64,000 nt of DNA from assembly GCA_902768785.1 (NCBI GenBank), contig CACXMM010000032.1, forward strand, positions 1,017 through 65,016, written 5' to 3'. Origin of the DNA: an uncultured Prevotellaceae bacterium. GTDB lineage: Bacteria > Bacteroidota > Bacteroidia > Bacteroidales > Bacteroidaceae. A model generated the notes under the pieces. That model was not told the DNA's origin. It ran no database searches and saw nothing but the letters and a program-made list of their open reading frames with translations. Below are positions 56,961 through 64,000 of this stretch, piece after piece (the stretch's first letter is position 1; every line of letters starts with the position of its first letter). The position numbers and the translations under genes were made by a program.

Positions 56961-57539
56961 CTATTTTTCTTTAGCTAATTGACGTATATCCTCTGCCAAC
57001 ATTTCAATCAATCTATAAATGCCAGTTGATGGATTCTGGAATTCACCCAATTTCTTTGCTCTTGTAACAGCAACATCTGTGTTGCTGTTCAGAAATGCTT
57101 TTTGAGTATCAGTGAAAGCTGACTTGGAATAATTCTTCCACACAGGAGCGCTTTTCTTCAACTCTTTGATGAGTGCATCCGTTTCGATGGCTGCCTTCTG
57201 GTCTTTGGCATGAAGTAGCAACCATATTTCAAAACAAGGATTGCTTAACAGCATTTCAGCCTTGCATTTACGTAGTTTTTCATTGATAGCCTGCACGTCC
57301 ATGTCGTACATGAGGAACGTATGCACCTTGTCCCATTGAGAGATTTTGAGTTCCTTTGTACGCTTCTCAACCAACGATGGCGTGATCTTTGTGCCTTCTA
57401 TGTGCGAAATGATTCTGATGGGTGACTTATACCACGATTTCAGAAGATTGATATAGCAAACCTCTGTCTCGCCCTCGCAAATGACAAGGGCGATCTTTCG
57501 CATTCGCAAAGATGGTGACGGTTCTCTTTTGCTTGCCAT
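56961..57539 (-). CDS. RloB-like (Toprim-type) protein, AbiLii-like
   Basis: IALVICEGETEVCY (RloB CEGExTE signature; Toprim Glu) and FLMYDMD (DxD). Its start is 2 nt after the ATPase stop. Confidence 0.7.
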   Translation of the reverse strand: MASKREPSPSLRMRKIALVICEGETEVCYINLLKSWYKSPIRIISHIEGTKITPSLVEKRTKELKISQWDKVHTFLMYDMDVQAINEKLRKCKAEMLLSNPCFEIWLLLHAKDQKAAIETDALIKELKKSAPVWKNYSKSAFTDTQKAFLNSNTDVAVTRAKKLGEFQNPSTGIYRLIEMLAEDIRQLAKEK

Positions 57540-57541
57540 AA

Positions 57542-58771
57542 TCAGCCTTCCAATAATTGTTTGATACTTGACACCGATGAATCAACATAAGGCACAGCAT
57601 CAAAGCGACCTTGTATATATCCCTTCTCGGCATCCATATTCTCACGGAAATCCTTGAAGTCGTATAATGAATACACCTCCGTTGCACCTTGCTCCGACTT
57701 GTTGACAAAAACAATTTGGTCACGTCTCAGTCGTTTGACATCGATAAGGTTCGTGTTATGGGAAGTAAACAGTAACTGACTACTTTCTGAAGCATGAATC
57801 AAGTCGAGAATGAAATCAGCAAGACGAGTGTGTAATCCCATGTCAAACTCGTCCATCATAATACTCTTCTTGTTCTTTACCACATCCAAGAGTCGTATCA
57901 GAATCTGGAATAGTTTTCTTGTACCATTAGATTCTTCCATGTCCATGTCGAACATAATGTCCTTTTGGTTGCGATGGTACGTCTTGAAGCGAAGCACATC
58001 CACCAGTTTGTATGATAGTTCTGTTTGACCTGGAACAACTACAGGAGCAGGCATTTGCTCTTTCCTTGCCTCGATGTCAGTAATATCTGTATCGCATATT
58101 TCAAGTGCTTTAAGTATCACCTTCTTGTAGGCATTGAAACTATCCAGCACCATCATATCGTTTACGTTCACAAGCCCCAGCAGGAATTGATTCATGAAAT
58201 AACGATATAACTTTTGTGCTATATCACGGTTCATAGAGCTGGCACGACTCAGGAAAAGGTTCTTTTCACTGGTGTTTGTAACCACATCCGAAGGCTTAGC
58301 CATAACGCCTGTACCAAAGCTGTATTTTCCGTCAGCGTCGCGAACAAAGATTTTTGCACGTCTGCCAACTGGGTAATGATATAGACTTTCACTGATGATA
58401 TGATCATGTGTTAATTCAAAAGCATATTCGTATTCCACTCCATCGTACACAAAATCAATCAAGAACTTACTTGATCTATCTTGCCAGCCATCGAATTTGA
58501 AAGGTTCGAAATTGAATATCGCACCTTCATTGTAGAGGTGTGACTCCAAAATCATTCTACAGCAAAAAGTAATGGCTTTCAGAATATTCGATTTGCCAGA
58601 AGCATTAGGCCCAAACAGGCCAATAGTTTTAAGTACGGGCACACCGTTCCACTCCATCACATTATGGCTTAACTCCCGTGCAAGAGCTGTATTGATGTTT
58701 CCTGCTCTGAAGTCGATTCTTATTCTATCTCTAATAGAAAAGAAATTCTCAAATTCGATTTTTAATATCAT
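57542..58771 (-). CDS. ABC-type AAA ATPase (AAA_15/AAA_21-like), AbiLi/AriA-like
   Basis: Start set at MILKIEFENFFSIRD. Walker A is GLFGPNASGKSN, Walker B/D-loop is SIMMDEFDMGLH, and the H-loop region is LFTSHNTNLI. Confidence 0.75.
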   Translation of the reverse strand: MILKIEFENFFSIRDRIRIDFRAGNINTALARELSHNVMEWNGVPVLKTIGLFGPNASGKSNILKAITFCCRMILESHLYNEGAIFNFEPFKFDGWQDRSSKFLIDFVYDGVEYEYAFELTHDHIISESLYHYPVGRRAKIFVRDADGKYSFGTGVMAKPSDVVTNTSEKNLFLSRASSMNRDIAQKLYRYFMNQFLLGLVNVNDMMVLDSFNAYKKVILKALEICDTDITDIEARKEQMPAPVVVPGQTELSYKLVDVLRFKTYHRNQKDIMFDMDMEESNGTRKLFQILIRLLDVVKNKKSIMMDEFDMGLHTRLADFILDLIHASESSQLLFTSHNTNLIDVKRLRRDQIVFVNKSEQGATEVYSLYDFKDFRENMDAEKGYIQGRFDAVPYVDSSVSSIKQLLEG

Positions 58772-59150
58772 TATACGCTTGATTTTGTAGAATTGCTGCA
58801 AAATTAGCGATTTAATTTGAATTCACAAAGCTTTTAGGACTATAAATAGTCTTATTGTTGTCGTTTTTAACATTTATCTACCGAAACAATAGGTCTATAT
58901 GACAAAAATCGCATGCTTGCTATTGCGAATTTATGTAAGAAGAGAAAAAACTCAAACTGGAATTCAACTATGTTTTAACCTCGTTTTTACCACCGCCTCG
59001 CAAAAATCGAACTTAAATCGCAAAATATATGTTTTTCACTTGTTCCCTACTGAATGGATGTTCCCGCGCTCGGCTCTGACGCTTTGCCAAGCAAAGATCG
59101 TTCTTTGCTTCCTTCATGAATGGGGATTGCACCCAAGCTATGTAACAGAT

Positions 59151-59349
59151 AATGGCGGTAATGTTGGCGGTAATGTTGGCGGTAAAAATGGCGGTGTCCC
59201 TAGCTTGTCCCCAGCTGTCCCCAGCTTTGTCACAAGTCTTGTCACAAGTCTTGTCACAAGACGAAGAAAAGGATGCAAGTATTGATGCAAAAGATGCAAC
59301 CTCCAGTTCAAAGGTTGCAACCTTGGATGAAAAGGTTGCAAGTTTGGAG
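59151..59349. repeat. mosaic of five different short tandem repeats in the divergent intergenic region
   Basis: ATGTTGGCGGTA-type 12-mers x4 (59151-59196); GTCCCYAGCT x3 (59196-59228); TTGTCACAAGTC x3 (59227-59262); GATGCAA x3 (59272-59298); AAGGTTGCAA..TTGGA x2, including the 12-bp palindrome AGGTTGCAACCT (59312-59323 and 59333-59344). Confidence 0.9.
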
Positions 59350-59422
59350 CCAAAGGATACAAAAGTGAAGAAAAAGGCAACAGAAAAGATGATTTTCCTT
59401 CGTTATTTCGTGAGAAATTAGC

Positions 59423-59430
59423 TAATTTTG
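59423..59430 (+). promoter_or_regulatory. -7 box TAATTTTG upstream of the HTH gene
   Basis: TAnnTTTG match 43 nt before the ATG at 59473. Confidence 0.5.
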
Positions 59431-59472
59431 TACGTGTAAATTATAATAAGGTACAACCTCAGCACAATAAGA

Positions 59473-59670
59473 ATGGAAAATAGAATCAAAGTAGTTCTTG
59501 CGGATAAGAAGAGAACAAACAAGTGGCTATCCGAGCAGTTGGAGTGTGCACCGACTACCGTGAGTAAATGGTGTACCAATGTCAGCCAGCCACCTATGGA
59601 GACATTCGTCAAGATTGCAGAACTCCTCGAAGTCGATATAAACGAACTGTTGAGGATAGAAAAGAAGTGA
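59473..59670 (+). CDS. XRE-family helix-turn-helix transcriptional regulator
   Basis: 65 aa. NKWLSEQLECAPTTVSKWCTNVSQPPMETFVKIAELLEVDINELL is a classic Cro/CI-type HTH_3 pattern. Confidence 0.8.
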   Translation: MENRIKVVLADKKRTNKWLSEQLECAPTTVSKWCTNVSQPPMETFVKIAELLEVDINELLRIEKK

Positions 59671-59872
59671 CCGTCTTAGAAGCTACGTTTTAACTGATAA
59701 CAATCATCCCTGGCAGAGATACAGAACCATAGCAGAGGAGTAGCAATCCGCCGTCGTTCGAAGGTCGTAGCAAGGACGCAGATAGACGTAGGATTTGCGT
59801 TCGATAGTCTCTCTACAGGGTAAGAAGATAGTAAGAAGTAAACAAGAGTATAAAAAACGAAATATAACTCTG

Positions 59873-60166
59873 ATGGATTGCGACAATGGATTCATATTGC
59901 AGAAGACGGTGGACTGGTCGTTGCTGAATGACGGGATGACCATTCCAGTATCGGTGTACTCGCTGTTCACATCCCACCACATCGGCTACTTCACCCGTTC
60001 GCAGAACAACGACTCTACGAATATCATTATCAGCAGTCCCAACTACCACCGGATTATCCACAAGAACAATCCGAGGTTCAATCGCAAGAAGTTCCAGTTC
60101 GAGTTCGAGAATGGCGAGGTGCTGAGGCTAAAGTTGTATGAGCATTTGAAAGCGTTAACTATTTAA
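59873..60166 (+). CDS. small HNH-like nuclease-fold protein lacking the zinc-binding cysteines
   Basis: TSHHIGYF...DSTNIIISSPNYHRIIHK aligns with the HNH pattern HHI..(N)..LCxNCHxxxH, with C to S and C to Y. I preferred the ATG at 59873 over the TTG at 59795. Confidence 0.45.
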   Translation: MDCDNGFILQKTVDWSLLNDGMTIPVSVYSLFTSHHIGYFTRSQNNDSTNIIISSPNYHRIIHKNNPRFNRKKFQFEFENGEVLRLKLYEHLKALTI

Positions 60167-60174
60167 TTAAGATT

Positions 60175-62742
60175 ATGGCAAAACTGACCACCGAAGATTT
60201 CATAAAGAAAGCCCAAGCGGTTCATGGGGATAGATATGACTATTCCAAGGTGGAGTATGTGAATAATCAAACCAAAGTCTGTATAATCTGCAAAAAACAT
60301 GGTGAATTTTGGCAGAGGCCTTTAGATCATTTAAAGGGTCATGAGTGTTCTGATTGTGGTAAAATTAAGAATGTGGCATCTCGCAAAAAAACGTTAGAAC
60401 AGTTTATTGATGAAACGAGGAAAGTACATGGAGATAAGTATGACTATTCTAATGTAAAATATGATAATACGTCAACAAAGGTTTGCATAATCTGCAAAGA
60501 GCATGGTGAGTTTTGGCAGGCCCCATATTCTCATTTGAATGGACACGGATGTCCAAAATGCGCCTATAAAGGTGACAGACAAAGACATATTTATAGTCAA
60601 GAAGAAATAATTGATAAGATTCGCTCTCTTTTTGGTGAACGTTATAGTTTCGAAAAGGTTATATATAAGGCCATGAAGGTTCCCATCATCCTTGTTTGTC
60701 ATGAGAAAGATGAAAATGGCGTTGAGCATGGCGAGTTTTCTATGCGTCCAGTCAATATCTTCTCAAGTCATCAAGAGTGCCCCAAATGTTCCAAAGAGAA
60801 TAGAATTAGGCTCCAGCGAAAACCTCTTGAAAAGTTTATTGAAGAGGCAAATAAGGTTCATGGCGGTTTATATGATTATCACAAAGTCAACTACATAAAC
60901 ACAAGCACTAAAGTATGTATTGTGTGTCCAATTCATGGTGACTTCTGGCAGATTCCAACCAATCATTTGAAAGGTCAAGGCTGCCCATTTTGTTCTGGCA
61001 ATGCGAAAAAATGGAACAAGGAAACTTGCGAGCAAGAAGCACGTAAATATGAGTATATTTTTGATTTTAGGGTTAGAAGTGGCGGCGCATGCAATATGGC
61101 CCAACGTATGGGGTGGCTAAAGGATTATACATGGTTGAGAAAAATGCCGCCTAAAACTGCAGATTACGATAAAGATACAAAATATATCTATGCATATGAG
61201 TTTTTGAAACAAAGAGCTGTATATGTGGGATTGACAAACAGTTTGATAAGAAGAGATTGGCAACATCGTCACAGTAACGACTCTGCCGTTTTTAAATTTG
61301 CCCAAGAATGCAATTGCGACATTCCTTCTCCTAAACAATTAGAAGATAGCATACCAATTCATGAAAGTGGAAAAAGGGAATCTTTTTGGGTGGAATACTA
61401 CAAGGAGCACAATTGGAAGTTACTAAATAGGGCAAAAACTGGCGAGCGGGAAAGTTCTATTGGAGCATCCTTCCCTTTAAAATGGAACAAAAAGGCAATT
61501 AGAGAAAAGGCAAAAGAATGTGGTTATGATCTTTCTCTATTAATGGAACAATATCCAGGTGCTTATGGTGCCATACTAACACGTTACAAAGGGATGCTTA
61601 ACGAGCTTTTCCCCAATAGACTGATCCACACTCATCATACAATTGAAGATGCACTACTTGTAGTAAAGAAAGGACATTACGCAAATCGTAGCCAATTAAG
61701 ATTTGATTGTTTATGGGCATACAGAGTCCTTTTCGAAAATAATATGCTTGACGATGTTTTTGGAAAACCAAAAGGATATACGAGGGAAGAGGCTCTAAGG
61801 GAGGCTGACAATTACAAGTCTATAGAAATAATTAGACTAAAGAACCATACTTTATGGACCTATTTGAAGAATAATAATCTTTTCAACGAATTGAGACCTA
61901 CTATTATTATGCATGGTAGGATTAAGACCGTTGAAGAAGCATGGGATATATCTCAGTACTTCAAAAATATAAAAGAACTAAGTAATTACTCCAAAAAGGC
62001 TTATCATTTATTAAGAGATGCAGGCCTTTTAAGAAAACGTTATCCCAAACCTGTCAAATATGTAGCCAAAAGTGAAAAGGTGGAGAAACCTAAAAAGACA
62101 ATAATTCCAAAAACAGAAGAATCCAAAGAAATAATAGAAGTTGATTTTGAACAATGCAAGAAAGCATATGAGCAATGCGCATTCGTTTCTGAAGTAAAAA
62201 AGCGTTTTGCGCATATCTACAGAATAGCGGTAAAACAAGGCTGGCATGAGGAGTTGAAGGGCTTTTGTTATGGAAGCCCTACAAAGTGGACGCGAGCAGC
62301 TTGTGAGGAGATCGTGAGAAAGTACACATTCCTCAGAGATTTAGTGAATAATGACCCTAACGTGTATAATGTAATAAAAAAGAATCATTGGGATGATTTG
62401 TTGGAATCATTGAAAAGAGTGCAACATGCACCATACCAATACACTATCGAAGAAATAAAGGAGATTTGTGCACCGTATAAAAGCTTATTAGAACTAAGTA
62501 AAGCAAGGAAGGACATTGACAACTATTGTAGGAAAAAAGGTATCGACTTGTATGCATTGAATGGTTGGAAGAATCTCCGCAATCGTAAAGTGTGCCAAAT
62601 CTTTGATGGCGTAGAAATTGCTACATTTTCTTCTATTTCTGAGGCTGCAAGGGCGATAGATGCTCCTCGTAACAGGATGTGGGAACACGTACAAAGTGGA
62701 GAACCTTATAAGGGTTATGTTTGGAAGTATAAAGATCAATGA
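60175..62742 (+). CDS. 855-aa homing-endonuclease-like protein: four zinc-ribbon repeats + GIY-YIG nuclease domain + helical repeats + C-terminal NUMOD/IENR-type DNA-binding motif
   Basis: Four copies of [HG(D/G)xYDYSxVxY..TKVCIxCxxHGEFWQxPxxHLxGxGCPxC]. The GIY-YIG core is YIYAYEF...AVYVGLTNSLIRRDWQH. The C-terminus FSSISEAARAID....GEPYKGYVWKY follows. Confidence 0.65.
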   Translation: MAKLTTEDFIKKAQAVHGDRYDYSKVEYVNNQTKVCIICKKHGEFWQRPLDHLKGHECSDCGKIKNVASRKKTLEQFIDETRKVHGDKYDYSNVKYDNTSTKVCIICKEHGEFWQAPYSHLNGHGCPKCAYKGDRQRHIYSQEEIIDKIRSLFGERYSFEKVIYKAMKVPIILVCHEKDENGVEHGEFSMRPVNIFSSHQECPKCSKENRIRLQRKPLEKFIEEANKVHGGLYDYHKVNYINTSTKVCIVCPIHGDFWQIPTNHLKGQGCPFCSGNAKKWNKETCEQEARKYEYIFDFRVRSGGACNMAQRMGWLKDYTWLRKMPPKTADYDKDTKYIYAYEFLKQRAVYVGLTNSLIRRDWQHRHSNDSAVFKFAQECNCDIPSPKQLEDSIPIHESGKRESFWVEYYKEHNWKLLNRAKTGERESSIGASFPLKWNKKAIREKAKECGYDLSLLMEQYPGAYGAILTRYKGMLNELFPNRLIHTHHTIEDALLVVKKGHYANRSQLRFDCLWAYRVLFENNMLDDVFGKPKGYTREEALREADNYKSIEIIRLKNHTLWTYLKNNNLFNELRPTIIMHGRIKTVEEAWDISQYFKNIKELSNYSKKAYHLLRDAGLLRKRYPKPVKYVAKSEKVEKPKKTIIPKTEESKEIIEVDFEQCKKAYEQCAFVSEVKKRFAHIYRIAVKQGWHEELKGFCYGSPTKWTRAACEEIVRKYTFLRDLVNNDPNVYNVIKKNHWDDLLESLKRVQHAPYQYTIEEIKEICAPYKSLLELSKARKDIDNYCRKKGIDLYALNGWKNLRNRKVCQIFDGVEIATFSSISEAARAIDAPRNRMWEHVQSGEPYKGYVWKYKDQ

Positions 62743-62781
62743 AACAGAAGGATGTGAAACAGAACAATAGCAAATTAGGTC

Positions 62782-63987
62782 ATGCTTAAGATATATTTAG
62801 ATTGGAATAGTATCAATAACATACAGACAAGGCATCCAAAGCTGTATGAACTGATAAAGGAATATGGACATTTGTTCATCTTCTCGTATTCCAATGCACA
62901 TATTCGTGACCTTATGGTTAGTAAGGATGAGAACAATCCATTTTACCAAAGAGATATAGCTACACTTACCGAAATATGCGGAAAACATTTGCTCCAATTT
63001 GAAGATGAAAACAATTGGACAAGTCCTCTTTTCTGCTTGCCTGAAGATTATATTGATTTAATTGGCACTCCTTTAGAAATCATTCAGAAGACAGACTGGT
63101 TCCCACAGCAAATCTTTCAACAGTTTAAAGAAAATGTCAGGAAGAGCTTTCCCGATAGTGTTCAAAAGAGAATACAGGGTGCTAATCCGGAAGAGGTGTT
63201 TGAGATAATCAACAAAGGTCTGAAATCCATTAATTCCCAATTCACGATTGAGGAATTATCCCTCTCACAAGTCAATAGCATTCGTAATATGATGAATGAG
63301 GAGGCAAAATTCAAGTCTTTGTGTCTGGCACTTGATATGTGTGGATTCAGACCCGAAGATAAGGATAAATCGTTTACTAATATTGATGCTGACGCTAGCC
63401 ACATCTTCTATGCGTCAAAATGTGACATATTAGTTTCTGGTGACAGAAAAATGAGAGGAAAGGCAGAAGCAATGTTTTCTAAATACAACGTTGTTACAAA
63501 AGTTCTCACACCAGAAAAATTTGAAGACTTTATTCTTGAAGAAGTAAATAAGGAATATAGCTTACAGAACCTGTTGTCAAGCATTAGACAATATGGACAT
63601 CCACGTGAAGAAGAGGATGGAGCTCACTACAAATTGATGGAATCCCCCGTATTCGGACTGTTCAACGCTTGTTTCTTGGTTGATGAATACTTTGGATGTA
63701 GCGGCGAGCCTAAATCAGCACTGTTTGTCTATTGCTTTAATAACACGCCCTTCCTGTATTATACGGAGCTAACGAGTTTTTTTGATTTGATTAAAAGTTT
63801 CTTGCCAGAAAAGATGAAGAATGTGTTCCAAAAAGAATACGTTGATGAGATATGCAGTCGAGATAAGAGAAGGGCAATGAATGCAAGATTCTATTTTGAG
63901 TTCCCTGATTTAAACTTGTCATTCGCATTTTATGGTGACCCCATCTCACCTGTGCCATGTCCCATGATGCAGGTGAGGTTTGCTTAG
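62782..63987 (+). CDS. hypothetical protein, possible PIN-like nuclease fold in the N-terminal half
   Basis: The N-terminal strand KIYLDWNS and the later block NIDADASHIFYASKCDILVSGDRKM resemble the first and last acidic motifs of PIN-like domains. Otherwise unassigned. Confidence 0.3.
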   Translation: MLKIYLDWNSINNIQTRHPKLYELIKEYGHLFIFSYSNAHIRDLMVSKDENNPFYQRDIATLTEICGKHLLQFEDENNWTSPLFCLPEDYIDLIGTPLEIIQKTDWFPQQIFQQFKENVRKSFPDSVQKRIQGANPEEVFEIINKGLKSINSQFTIEELSLSQVNSIRNMMNEEAKFKSLCLALDMCGFRPEDKDKSFTNIDADASHIFYASKCDILVSGDRKMRGKAEAMFSKYNVVTKVLTPEKFEDFILEEVNKEYSLQNLLSSIRQYGHPREEEDGAHYKLMESPVFGLFNACFLVDEYFGCSGEPKSALFVYCFNNTPFLYYTELTSFFDLIKSFLPEKMKNVFQKEYVDEICSRDKRRAMNARFYFEFPDLNLSFAFYGDPISPVPCPMMQVRFA

Positions 63988-64000
63988 TGATGATGTAGAA

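Noticed and set aside
58899-59421. Three mutually overlapping ORFs (58899..59285 plus, 59152..59421 plus, 59138..59380 minus) over the tandem-repeat mosaic.
   Set aside because: All three frames are open only because 12-mer repeats lack stops, and the peptides are repeat translations (NGGNVGGNVGG, VTSLVTSLVT, MAVMLAVMLAV). I did not call them as CDS, though a repeat-built small protein cannot be excluded.

Overview
This is a chromosomal segment of a Bacteroidota genome that looks Prevotellaceae-like. Supporting signs are TAnnTTTG -7 promoter boxes ahead of most genes, four proteins ending in T9SS C-terminal sorting domains, and lipoprotein signal peptides. From about 0 to 54 kb the window is core genome. 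It holds housekeeping genes (pyrE, argH, comM, metG, argS, prmC, recX, comF, ribD, an RNase H, mutT, gltS, vsr and two helicases), three tRNAs (Gly-GCC, Leu-TAA, Arg-CCT), and a set of secreted pectin/rhamnogalacturonan and glycan enzymes: a 2,219-aa CE12+CE8 esterase, a PL11 lyase, GH5, GH3 and a SASA esterase. From about 54.05 kb to the window end the sequence becomes visibly AT-richer and reads as an accessory, defence-type island. It carries an AbiL/PARIS-like ABC-ATPase + RloB(Toprim) pair followed by two orphan membrane proteins. Across a repeat-dense divergent control region sit an XRE HTH, a cysteine-less HNH protein, an 855-aa protein with four zinc-ribbon repeats plus a GIY-YIG domain, and a possible PIN-like protein. 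My best candidate for an undescribed system is the four-gene ATPase-RloB-TM-TM cassette (54.2-58.8 kb) together with its repeat-laden control region. Two other unexplained signals stand out. First, a 0.9-kb gene-free block (29.9-30.8 kb) contains three arrays with an exact 22-bp period and a 45-bp inverted repeat. Second, heptanucleotide tandem arrays are embedded in frame in essential genes (argS, prmC) and at gene ends (MATE tail, RNase H start, vsr insertion). I saw no rRNA, CRISPR array, integrase or transposase. All protein calls rest on motifs read from the translations; no database search was possible.
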